Shown: positions 46,959 through 55,805 of the stretch, in pieces
Position numbering within the stretch: the first letter of the stretch is position 1
Layout: every line of letters starts with the position of its first letter
From: a virus
Direction: 5' to 3' (one strand)
IMG/VR virus record: IMGVR_UViG_3300010396_000009
Span: 1 to 64,000 of that record
Length of the DNA: 64,000 bases
Translations under genes and position numbers: made by a program
Notes under the pieces: generated by a model
Seen by the model: the letters and a program-made list of their open reading frames with translations, nothing else
Databases searched by the model: none
Told to the model about the DNA's origin: nothing

Positions 46959-47276
46959 CTAGCCCCTCACTGGATTGACCGCGATTTTGAGCACCGTCGG
47001 CATTGCCGAATTCTGCCCCGTGGCCATACCCTGCAACGTCGTCAGCAGTGCGATTAGTGCGTTCACGTCGGCACCCTGTAGCGGCGTGCGACCGTCTGCT
47101 GGCGAACCGTCCTCGATAACAGACGAGTCGTTCGGGATCATCGCGCCCATGCCCTTCGCGGACCATGCTGCCAACGTCACGGCCAGCGTCGTCTGCAGCT
47201 GGGCAATCTGATCAGCGACGGGACGGATGTTTTGGTTGCAGAACTGTATCGCCGATGGGTCGATTACGTTGGGCAT
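46959..47276 (-). CDS. hypothetical protein
   Basis: GAGGA SD; on the coding strand. Confidence 0.6.
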   Translation of the reverse strand: MPNVIDPSAIQFCNQNIRPVADQIAQLQTTLAVTLAAWSAKGMGAMIPNDSSVIEDGSPADGRTPLQGADVNALIALLTTLQGMATGQNSAMPTVLKIAVNPVRG

Positions 47277-47366
47277 GATCTTAGTCCTCGACTGCTAATG
47301 ACTCTCGAAATCGCGAGCTATCGCGTGTGTAAACTTCGGCCGGTCTCCGGTTTGAGTAGACGGGTA

Positions 47367-47765
47367 TCACTGCCCGTCGATGGCCAGCTGCACAGTCGCG
47401 ACATCCGCGTGTCTCGAGGCGTCCAGGACATGAGTTGCCACGGCACGCGCCTGCGAAATCGTGATCGGGTTACCACCTCGCCTGGCCTTCACGCGAGCAT
47501 CATGAACGACGGGACCAAGAACACCTTGAGTGTACTCGCAAGTTGACTCATCATATCCTGCGCTCAGGTGATCGTGAAACTCGACGGCTGATGTAGACGC
47601 TGGAAATCCACATAGCCCGGTGAACAGCGCAGGTAACCCTGGCAGGATCAAGTTGATGAGAGTCGCGAGCCATGCCGGCAGCATGCCTGCTAGCGCAGGA
47701 TCACCTTGCGCTGATGAGAGTGCTGCTGATGCGAGCTTCTGCTGTGATGCCGAGAGAGGATTCAT
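47367..47765 (-). CDS. hypothetical membrane-associated protein (start MNPLS at 47765)
   Basis: AAGGAG SD and a hydrophobic segment WLATLINLILPGLPALF. Confidence 0.6.
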   Translation of the reverse strand: MNPLSASQQKLASAALSSAQGDPALAGMLPAWLATLINLILPGLPALFTGLCGFPASTSAVEFHDHLSAGYDESTCEYTQGVLGPVVHDARVKARRGGNPITISQARAVATHVLDASRHADVATVQLAIDGQ

Positions 47766-47811
47766 CTTATCTCCTTTGTAGATTTGCGAAATCAGCGACA
47801 TCGCCTCGCAA

Positions 47812-48516
47812 CTACTGTCGTAGTTGTCTGCGAATACTATTGCACATCGCGCAGTTGGGTGATGTGCAAACCGGCTGGTTATAAAATACACCGTCCCACA
47901 CAGCACCCTGAGCCGGTGCAGCAGTTGATTGAAACTGCCGCTGATAGATCCAGGTATCACCGCTCTTTGTGCAAGCTATTCCTGACGGCTGATGAAGATA
48001 ACTGGCGAATGCCTTGAATGATTGCAATCGTGGCTTCAGCTTGGCGAGCACTGTTGGGTATAGATACGCCACGGCTACGTCGCCGGAGACTGGCGTGTTC
48101 GCCACGTCTCCCTCGACGATCGTGACATAGCCGTCGAGTCCGAGATTTCTGATGCGCTCGCGCGCCGCCCTGGCCCTGCTAGGATCAAGCTCAACTCCGA
48201 TGCACTTACATTTCCATTTTTCTGCTGCGGCTACGCACCAGCGGGCGTCATAACCGCAGCCGAAGTCGACGAAGGCGACCTCAGGTCGTGGGAGCATGTT
48301 GATCACGCGAACTACCTCGCTCATGGGCGTGTGCGCGGCGTCATCAGTAGCCAGAGGTCGCGAGGTTAGCTCCGGCTCAGGCGCGAATGTATCGCCGCTG
48401 ATTTGCGGAGTAGAGGTAGAAACGGCCGCGGGCTGAGGCGCGAATGTATCGTACTGAGCTACCGCGAGCGCCGGATACGCGATCGTGAGCAAGAGCGGAA
48501 TCAAGAACGCTTTCAT
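47812..48516 (-). CDS. SAM-dependent methyltransferase with an N-terminal signal peptide
   Basis: MKAFLIPLLLTIAYPALAVA; VDFGCG.DAR, GVELDP and AYL. Confidence 0.8.
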   Translation of the reverse strand: MKAFLIPLLLTIAYPALAVAQYDTFAPQPAAVSTSTPQISGDTFAPEPELTSRPLATDDAAHTPMSEVVRVINMLPRPEVAFVDFGCGYDARWCVAAAEKWKCKCIGVELDPSRARAARERIRNLGLDGYVTIVEGDVANTPVSGDVAVAYLYPTVLAKLKPRLQSFKAFASYLHQPSGIACTKSGDTWIYQRQFQSTAAPAQGAVWDGVFYNQPVCTSPNCAMCNSIRRQLRQ

Positions 48517-48545
48517 AGAGTGCTCCTTTAAAGAAGTAACTAGGA

Positions 48546-49328
48546 TCAGGCAGCTCTAACGGCCTGCAGATCGGCATTAAGAGCTGTCATATCGATGGCG
48601 TTCGGTGCAGTGTTGTTCGTGAACCAACTTGGGGCGATAATCCCATAGGCCTCGTCGATATAGGCCTCCGCCGCTGCCGGAGTCATGTCAATCAGTGCGC
48701 CCCATGTCACGACCTTGAACTTGAGGGCTCCGCCCTGATCTATGTAACCCACGACGATGACAGCGTGACCACCCCATGAGCCCGGTTGATTCTGATGATT
48801 GGACAGCGGGCCATAGACGTCCCACACATTCTTGCCCTGCCATGCAGTCGGAAGCTGAATTCCGATGTAGGAGAACGCAAAGCAATAAATAGTCTGCTGA
48901 AACGTCGGCAAATCCAATTGACTGTTGCCGGCCTCGATAGAAGCGTAGGCTCCGATCTTATAGCCAGACAATCCAATTTTGGCCATGTAATTCATGACGT
49001 CAAGCTCATTACAGCCGTTGTCATTGCGACCAGTGCGCGGATCATAGCCGCTGATCGCCGAATACATGCCAATCACGTCAGCGTCAGACGGTGTAACGAT
49101 CGCGCCGTTATTGCCCGTCCAGACCTGAATACCGTGACCGAACCCAGCACATGTGCAGTCGCCAATACTATCATTGGCCATCGCTCCCCAGCTGATTCCC
49201 GGAGGCGTCCAGTCGACGATCGACGGCGCTGGCGGCAACCCTGGTGTCAAGTACCTTGCGAGCTTAAGCGTTCGCTCATCGATGCGCGGTGCGTGTTTCC
49301 CGAGCTTAACTTTTGTGTGATCAATCAC
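48546..49328 (-). CDS. papain-like (C1-type) cysteine peptidase
   Basis: GDCTCAG catalytic Cys, GGHAV His, VVTWG. Confidence 0.8.
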   Translation of the reverse strand: MIDHTKVKLGKHAPRIDERTLKLARYLTPGLPPAPSIVDWTPPGISWGAMANDSIGDCTCAGFGHGIQVWTGNNGAIVTPSDADVIGMYSAISGYDPRTGRNDNGCNELDVMNYMAKIGLSGYKIGAYASIEAGNSQLDLPTFQQTIYCFAFSYIGIQLPTAWQGKNVWDVYGPLSNHQNQPGSWGGHAVIVVGYIDQGGALKFKVVTWGALIDMTPAAAEAYIDEAYGIIAPSWFTNNTAPNAIDMTALNADLQAVRAA

Positions 49329-50209
49329 GGCGAGTACTTTCCAATGAGGGCGCGCATCTTATCGACTGTCTTTGGCATCTGCATATCGGCCGGCGTGATG
49401 TTTAGCCAATCTCCGGTCTGCAAGTTCTTTACGACCACAGTGGGGTATCCGCCGTTCGCGGCGATCTGCTTTGCGTAGAGCGTCTTAATCTGTCCGCCGT
49501 CTGATATGCTCTCAGAGTTGTACCACACCCACTTATGACCCTTGCCAAAGATCGAGTCCTTGGGAACCAGCGGACCTGAGCCAACAGCGAAGAATGGATC
49601 ACGGAGAATAGCACCAACAGCCTGCTGCTGGGGCAAATTATTGGTATCAGTGATAATGACAATGAGAAGCTTAGCAGCCGTGACCGGCGGATTAGGTCCT
49701 GGCCCTGGTCCTGGCCCTGGTCCTGGTCCTGGTTCATCACCAGGTGGCCCCTGCGGACCAGGGTCACCCTTAGGCCCCTGCGGTCCAGGTGGACCCTGCG
49801 GTCCAGGTGGACCTTGCGGTCCTGGTTTTCGCGCTGAGTCACTCTCTGTGACGGTAACAGTGCACTCGTTAGAGATTACGTCGCCGCCGTACGCCCTGAC
49901 GATGTACTCTCCCGGCACCATCGACCAGGCTAAGGTCTTAAGCGGCGCAGGGTTAAACTCCTCATCAAGGAGATTCAGATCATCAGAGTCATCTGACTTG
50001 ACCCAGTGAACCTTTGATAGGTTCGTAGTCGCCTCTAACTTGAGAATTTTCCCGGCAGCAATAGTGAGAGTCGATGGCACTACTATCGCAGGTCCGCCAT
50101 TGACGGGTTCGCCTCTGAGGCGACCCTTCGCCTTGATAGAAACCGGAGAATAAGCTCCGGCACAGCCGGTAATTACGAATAGCAGAAGTAGAGAAAGGAC
50201 GCGACTCAT
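49325..50209 (-). CDS. putative lipoprotein with collagen-like and (GP)n linker
   Basis: [10 protein letters not shown] lipobox-like signal, (GPQGPP)n and (GP)n, and a thioredoxin-like YPTVVV C-terminal domain. Confidence 0.7.
   Translation of the reverse strand: MSRVLSLLLLFVITGCAGAYSPVSIKAKGRLRGEPVNGGPAIVVPSTLTIAAGKILKLEATTNLSKVHWVKSDDSDDLNLLDEEFNPAPLKTLAWSMVPGEYIVRAYGGDVISNECTVTVTESDSARKPGPQGPPGPQGPPGPQGPKGDPGPQGPPGDEPGPGPGPGPGPGPNPPVTAAKLLIVIITDTNNLPQQQAVGAILRDPFFAVGSGPLVPKDSIFGKGHKWVWYNSESISDGGQIKTLYAKQIAANGGYPTVVVKNLQTGDWLNITPADMQMPKTVDKMRALIGKYSP
49695..49826 (-). repeat. coding tandem repeats (18-nt collagen unit, 12-nt Gly-Pro unit)
   Basis: Repeats of ggtccaggtggaccctgc and ggccctggtcct. 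Confidence 0.85.
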
Positions 50210-50574
50210 TACTGCCCTCCCTCTTGCTGCTTCGCAAATGGAGTCTCGTTCAAGTGAGTCACCAGAGCCGTATTGCCCTGCGAGTACGCCTCAGACACAG
50301 CCAGCGTAAGCAACTGCCGCAACCTAGGCACAGGCTGTCCGCTCGCTGACTTGGGCGGCTCGGGAAGCGCCTCGGCTGCCTGCTTGACGTTCTGCTTTCC
50401 GATGCGCTCACCGATGGTCTGCAGGATCAGCCCAACGAGCGCTGGGGATAAACCAAGGGCTGTCGTCAGATCAGTATTCTGAGACAACCCAAATGCGACG
50501 GCGTACAGCAAAATGCCCGAGTAGTGCAACACGGTCTGCATGTTCACCATGACCTTCGAGGGAAGCTGGCTCAA
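50209..50574 (-). CDS. two-TM membrane protein (holin-like)
   Basis: Two hydrophobic segments in the N-terminal half. Confidence 0.5.
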   Translation of the reverse strand: MSQLPSKVMVNMQTVLHYSGILLYAVAFGLSQNTDLTTALGLSPALVGLILQTIGERIGKQNVKQAAEALPEPPKSASGQPVPRLRQLLTLAVSEAYSQGNTALVTHLNETPFAKQQEGGQ

Positions 50575-50828
50575 GATGATGCTCCCAGTACTGTCTCCAG
50601 CTGAGTCAGGAACGCCAGCGTCTTGTCGAAGTTCGCGAGAAACGAGGCGTTTGATTGCGATAAAAAATCGACGACCGCGTTCGCCTTCGCTAGGTCCGCG
50701 CCAATCTTCGGAAACTCTTCCGCGATTGCTGGGCCAAACGAGGTCAGTGCCGTTTTGGCATCGGACAGGACAATCGGCTCGACTGACTCGAATTTTTTCG
50801 CGAGCGCGACAGCATCAGAGAGCTTCAT
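50571..50828 (-). CDS. amphipathic helical hypothetical protein (start 50828)
   Basis: AAAGG SD; stop overlaps the next start. Confidence 0.5.
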   Translation of the reverse strand: MKLSDAVALAKKFESVEPIVLSDAKTALTSFGPAIAEEFPKIGADLAKANAVVDFLSQSNASFLANFDKTLAFLTQLETVLGASS

Positions 50829-50868
50829 AATAGGACCTTTCATAAACAGGGACACGAGTAATATACCG

Positions 50869-51252
50869 TCAGCTCTGCTCACCTTCAGTAGCAGTCATCC
50901 TATTGCTTAGGTTATGCTGCTTCTCCCTGAGGTTCTTGATCTCGGCGTCGTTGCTGTTGATCCTGGTCTCATGAACAGCCAAGTGCTCAGCGTGCTCATT
51001 GACCCGGTCGTTCAGGGTGCTCACGGTATTGGCCAAGGTAGCCACACTGCTCATCGCAGTCACCAGCTCAGCTGGCTTGGTGGTCTCAAGTCTCCTGATC
51101 CTCCATGAGAGACTCTTGAGTCGTATGTGCGTGATCTTTGTGCTGCTCCACATCTTGGCCATCCAGATGGCGAGCGGTATAGCAAAGGCGGAGCCTATTG
51201 TCACCATTAATCCCGCGAGCGTTAGCCACTCCGTTAGCCCTATCGCGCCCAT
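50869..51252 (-). CDS. single-TM coiled-coil membrane protein
   Basis: N-terminal TM followed by heptad repeats; AGGAG SD. Confidence 0.6.
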   Translation of the reverse strand: MGAIGLTEWLTLAGLMVTIGSAFAIPLAIWMAKMWSSTKITHIRLKSLSWRIRRLETTKPAELVTAMSSVATLANTVSTLNDRVNEHAEHLAVHETRINSNDAEIKNLREKQHNLSNRMTATEGEQS

Positions 51253-51266
51253 CTATGATGCTCCTA

Positions 51267-52664
51267 TTATATCGAGTTAATACTAGCATGCCCGTTTCTC
51301 TCAGCTCCGTTTCTCTTGGCCATGAGATATCGTTGCTTGCGACTGAGGCTAGCTCGCATGACGGCCTGACCAGGCTGTTTCTGGATGCCCTTCACCTCAG
51401 GCGCGCCGAGCTGCTCTCGAATAGCAGCCCAGTCTAGGTGAGCCTGCTCTTGAGCCTGCCCAGCCTCTGTTCCCCAGTGCTTCTCATAGAGTCCCTTGAT
51501 GAACGCTCGCTTCTCATCGACGAGCGGCGAAGCCGTGACCTTGACCTTGTCCACGTATCGAGGACCGTAATTCAGCTCAAGAAGAACATTGACCACCTGG
51601 CTATTCAGCAGGGCCATGATCTCCCTGTGAGTCATCTCCAGGTTATCGACCACGAAGTCAGCGTGTGCTTCGGCCTCTGCCTTGGTGCCGAATTGACCCT
51701 CCTGAATAGCTCGCTCAGGAAAGCCAAAGCCGCGGGCCTTTAGCACATCATGATACTTAAGGCGCTCGACGAAAGCGCCCTGCTGAGTCTGCGGTGATTG
51801 GAGCTCAACTCGCCATGCCGCGTTAGCTGGGTTGAAGTTATTCATATCATCCACCTGACCAAGGATAGAGCTCGGCACGGCGACCATGCCAGATGACTGC
51901 AGCGACTTGAGAATATTCGCCGCGATCACAGCATTATCTGTCTCACCAGTGACCGCTCCGGTGACGGGATCTTTCTGTATAGAGGTCCCCATTGGGTAAT
52001 AGACGATCCAGTGTGACCCTGCGATCTTGACGTCAAATCTCCTGGCCCCGTCATCGCACTCGAGCCAAGAGTCATAGGGTCTCTCGCACCTGCGCAAGAG
52101 CGGCTCGCTGTACCAGTTCGTGCCCTCAGCATCACGGTATAAGCAGGCGAAGTCGCCCCTGTACAGATAGACCGGGTTTGGGTTCAACACATTGTGAATT
52201 GCGCTGTTTCGCACGCCGACCATATTGCCATGATAGTCGACGAGAATAGTCGTAAGATCCTGAAGCAGTCCCTTAAATTTCTTCACGTAGAACATACCAG
52301 TGTCTTCGTGCTGCTCCTTCACTACTTCATACGGCTGCCAGCCGAAGTCCAGAAATCCTCGCAGAGCGTCGCGCAGAAACTGAATTCGAAAAGGGACAGT
52401 CGATTGCTTGATGCAGAGCTCGGCATCCTTGAACTCCTCATGCTCGCACTCGACTGTCCACTCGGAGCCAAGCAAGGCAGCCTGATATATGTCGCGAAGC
52501 AGTCCCAGCGTTGGATCGCGGCGCATGAGACGCACTTTGCGAAACCACTGAGAGGTGACTACCGGGTTGAGGGCCAGCACACCAGGTGGGACAAACCCAT
52601 CGGGACCAGCGCCGACGAGAATCTGGGCTACGGTCCTGGCTTGCTTTGGTTCTTTGTCAGCCAC
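51267..52664 (-). CDS. portal protein (Mu gp29/DUF935-like)
   Basis: Size and synteny; DALRGFLDFGWQPYEVV, EPLLR..Y..W and G..AEAEAH. Confidence 0.85.
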   Translation of the reverse strand: MADKEPKQARTVAQILVGAGPDGFVPPGVLALNPVVTSQWFRKVRLMRRDPTLGLLRDIYQAALLGSEWTVECEHEEFKDAELCIKQSTVPFRIQFLRDALRGFLDFGWQPYEVVKEQHEDTGMFYVKKFKGLLQDLTTILVDYHGNMVGVRNSAIHNVLNPNPVYLYRGDFACLYRDAEGTNWYSEPLLRRCERPYDSWLECDDGARRFDVKIAGSHWIVYYPMGTSIQKDPVTGAVTGETDNAVIAANILKSLQSSGMVAVPSSILGQVDDMNNFNPANAAWRVELQSPQTQQGAFVERLKYHDVLKARGFGFPERAIQEGQFGTKAEAEAHADFVVDNLEMTHREIMALLNSQVVNVLLELNYGPRYVDKVKVTASPLVDEKRAFIKGLYEKHWGTEAGQAQEQAHLDWAAIREQLGAPEVKGIQKQPGQAVMRASLSRKQRYLMAKRNGAERNGHASINSI

Positions 52665-54034
52665 TAGTCACCCTTGATCTCATGACCCTGGTTAAACGTC
52701 GCCGTTCCCACCTCGTGGGCGCCCCACTCCTGAGCTGCCCAGTGCTTGATCAGCTGCATCGTGTGCTCATCGCTGCACCGCACCGCTATGACGACCTTCG
52801 GCACGTCGAGGATCTTTCGAACGGCGACCTGAAGATCAACTCCGCCACGAGCAAATCTCTTCACGTCGCGAGAGAATTTCATACCGCGCTTCTCTGGGAG
52901 CGTGAACACGGCATTAAGGCCCATCGCCTCTCTTTGATGAGGTTTCACACGAGCGGTAGGCTCTAAAGGAGACATGTCACCTCTTGAGTTGAGCGCCCTG
53001 GCCTTGCTGCGCTTGGCGACGCCGTCGATAGAGTGCAGAACGGAGACATTATCGGTCTCGACGTTCACGAGCACCCACTGTCGCCTATCCTCTGGGTCTG
53101 GATTTGGATAGCGCTGAAGCTGCACCACCAGTTTGATGTCAGGGAAACCGTACTTCAGGTCCATTATCGAGTCGCGCATCTCGGCCGCATTGCCGGCGGG
53201 GACCACGTAGTGGGCCCTCGGAAGAACCTGGCGCTGGTGCTTGGCTGCACGAGCCTTGGCGAACCTATCCTTGGGCTCACCAGCTAGTGCTACTGAGCCC
53301 GGCAAGCTTTTTTTTCGCGCTGCTTTTGAGTCTTGAGAACCAAGAACGACGTTATCAACTAGGCTCAGCGAGAAGCTCGCGAATCGCCCTTGAGCGTCCC
53401 TCTCGTACTGCCGCTGGGAGACGTGGGTCTTCCCTTGGCGGTCGAGCGCCTCGTATCTCGTGCGAACCCCTGCATGATGATGCCAAAGCCTCTTGTGCTT
53501 TGCCGCGATTGCCTTGGTCCCCGGAAAAGTGCTCTTCTTGAACTTCTCGTAGCCAGAGCGGTGAACGTCCTCGTGCGTCTTGTGATGCTTAATGATATCC
53601 TTCACCGAGATCATGTTGTTCTCGGAGATCGGTGGAAGGTCGTTGTCTCGCCGCACCTGATTGCCGTATCCTCTGCTAAGATCGCTCTTTGTCCTCTTGA
53701 AGAGCCTGCCGCTCACCAGGTCCTTGGTGTACTGGATAGGGTGCATGACGGCCTGCTTCGTGTTCTTGATCGTCGCGGATACGAGCGGAGACACATCGCA
53801 CGCTACACCCTCCATGGAGAGCGCGTAGAGCTGCTTCCTGGTCAGTGGGCGACCCTGCTCAGCGAGCGAAAGGTAATACGAGGCGGCTCGGCTGATCGGC
53901 TTTCGTCGGCGACCTTTTCGCTTTACCTTGTAGGGCAATTTTTTCCCCTTCGGAGTCTTTTTCTCGAACTCGTGGGCGATCTCGGGATGATGAATGTGCA
54001 TGTAGGCTCGCTGCGCCTGAGATACAAAAGGCAT
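52664..54034 (-). CDS. modular basic head-associated protein (start MPFVSQ at 54034)
   Basis: TAATG coupling to TerL, an MPFxSQAQR N-terminal module, an RDAQGRF motif and two C-terminal alpha/beta modules. Confidence 0.7.
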   Translation of the reverse strand: MPFVSQAQRAYMHIHHPEIAHEFEKKTPKGKKLPYKVKRKGRRRKPISRAASYYLSLAEQGRPLTRKQLYALSMEGVACDVSPLVSATIKNTKQAVMHPIQYTKDLVSGRLFKRTKSDLSRGYGNQVRRDNDLPPISENNMISVKDIIKHHKTHEDVHRSGYEKFKKSTFPGTKAIAAKHKRLWHHHAGVRTRYEALDRQGKTHVSQRQYERDAQGRFASFSLSLVDNVVLGSQDSKAARKKSLPGSVALAGEPKDRFAKARAAKHQRQVLPRAHYVVPAGNAAEMRDSIMDLKYGFPDIKLVVQLQRYPNPDPEDRRQWVLVNVETDNVSVLHSIDGVAKRSKARALNSRGDMSPLEPTARVKPHQREAMGLNAVFTLPEKRGMKFSRDVKRFARGGVDLQVAVRKILDVPKVVIAVRCSDEHTMQLIKHWAAQEWGAHEVGTATFNQGHEIKGD

Positions 54035-55344
54035 TATGCCGCTCCCACCAAAACACTCGGAACCACGTCGCTCGTAGGAACAACTGGCCACACTCGATGA
54101 ATAATATACCCAAGGGCGTCAGTGATGTGACCAATGTCATCATGATCATCGACGTCGCGACTGCCGGGCTCATATGCCCTGGTCACCAGATCATGAAGCA
54201 GCCATTTGCACCGGGGATCAACGAAGACTCGTCGCTCTCCCAGGGCGTTGCAGAAGGACGCATTGCATGCCGAGAACCGCTCATGAATCGCGGGGTTCTT
54301 CGCAGGATAGAAGATCTTCTTTCTAAGGAAACGCTGATCATTCTGGATATGTGCATAGTCGCTCTGAACAGCGCTAGTCTTCCTGGCCTTGGATGACGCA
54401 TCGCCGAAGAAGATCCAGCCTGATTGGTGCACACTTGGCCTATTATAGCGCTTATCTAATTCATTTAACGCAGCCGGCGTGTTAGTGTTGCGAATCCAGA
54501 TCTCGTCGATGACATTGAGCTTCGGCCTAGACGTCGTGTGCTGCTGGCAGATGACCCACGCCATAGGGTCTACGTTGAAGTCAGATCCGATGATCAGTGG
54601 CTTACTTGGGTCATACTTTGCTGATTCTATGTTAAGCTTCTCATCGAACGCGTAGAACACCAGCCCAGATGTTCCCTGCCAGATGGCCCCGAACTGCTCG
54701 TCAAAATCCTTCTGATCAAGACTTCTGGCGGCGTCAGCTATTTCCTCCTCGCTCAGGATGTCAGCGCTTGGCCAGGTATAGCTCTCGTATCTCGGGCCAA
54801 GCTTTCCAGAACCGTAGTCCTCCCAGCACTTCTTGAACTCGGAGGCACCTGGTCCAAACCGCTTGGGAACACCGATACGCCAACACCAGCCAGTTTTATG
54901 AGATAACGTCGGGCGAACCGAGCGATCGAACGAGCCGGGCCATTGATCGCACGATTCATCGATGACCCCGCCGTCCCACTGAACGCCCTCGATTCTAGCC
55001 GGCTCATTCATGCCGACGAGGAAGAGCTTAGATCCGAAGCGAGTCTTGATCGTCAGATCACTCTCGCGTATGTCATCAGGCGAGGCTATCCACTCCTTTG
55101 GAATCAGGGCCTTGATCTTCTCCCAGGCGACTAATTTAGCCTGCGCCCTAGTGGGATACGCCAGGAAATAGATCGGATCAGGCCAGGGCTTCTTAACCGG
55201 GAGAAACCTTACCAGTCGTCGCCTAGATAGCTCCGTCTTGCCAGAGCCTCGGCCGCAAGCCAGCGCGACGAAGCGCGCCTTGGTGCGCCACACCCTAGTC
55301 TGAGCCGGGTGATAGCGAAGCGGAAACCAAGCCGGGGTGAGCAT
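54034..55344 (-). CDS. terL: terminase large subunit
   Basis: GRGSGKT Walker A, VIDE Walker B, GSDFN and HITDALGY nuclease motifs. Confidence 0.95.
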   Translation of the reverse strand: MLTPAWFPLRYHPAQTRVWRTKARFVALACGRGSGKTELSRRRLVRFLPVKKPWPDPIYFLAYPTRAQAKLVAWEKIKALIPKEWIASPDDIRESDLTIKTRFGSKLFLVGMNEPARIEGVQWDGGVIDESCDQWPGSFDRSVRPTLSHKTGWCWRIGVPKRFGPGASEFKKCWEDYGSGKLGPRYESYTWPSADILSEEEIADAARSLDQKDFDEQFGAIWQGTSGLVFYAFDEKLNIESAKYDPSKPLIIGSDFNVDPMAWVICQQHTTSRPKLNVIDEIWIRNTNTPAALNELDKRYNRPSVHQSGWIFFGDASSKARKTSAVQSDYAHIQNDQRFLRKKIFYPAKNPAIHERFSACNASFCNALGERRVFVDPRCKWLLHDLVTRAYEPGSRDVDDHDDIGHITDALGYIIHRVWPVVPTSDVVPSVLVGAA

Positions 55345-55805
55345 TACTTCGCCTTAAGTTGCTCTCTTAAGGCTTTGTACCGCTTCATCCGTTCAGGTCG
55401 CACAGGGTGCAGTGACTGCAGATCCTGGATCGCCAAGGCGACCTCGCGACCAACGCCTCGCCCGGGATCAAGCATCAGGTCATGGCTCATCTTGATGAGG
55501 TCCTTGACCACGTGAACTCCCTCGGTCGGAGCGAACATCTCACCGAAGAAAGAGTCAAAGATGAGCTGCTGAAACTGCAGGACCTTTTCCCTGCGCCCGG
55601 TCACGGCGATCTTGCAGTCGGCGTAAAGCTTCGCATCCAGGCCGTGCTCCTTGGCTAGTTTGAGCGCCGGCTCGATGTTGTCCCGCTGATTCACGGAGAT
55701 GATCTTCGTGAACTGATCATCGGCGCTGTCCATGGCCAGGGAGAAGTCCCGGCGCACCTGACCACGGCGAAGCATTCGATTAGCTGCTTTGAGCATGGGA
55801 TTCAT
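55344..55805 (-). CDS. hypothetical protein with one copy of the repeat module
   Basis: IISVNQRDNIEPALKLAKEHGLDAKLYADCKIAVTG; coupled to TerL. Confidence 0.65.
   Translation of the reverse strand: MNPMLKAANRMLRRGQVRRDFSLAMDSADDQFTKIISVNQRDNIEPALKLAKEHGLDAKLYADCKIAVTGRREKVLQFQQLIFDSFFGEMFAPTEGVHVVKDLIKMSHDLMLDPGRGVGREVALAIQDLQSLHPVRPERMKRYKALREQLKAK

Noticed and set aside
47305-47333. TTTACA as a further promoter -35
   Set aside because: There is no -10 hexamer at 17-nt spacing.
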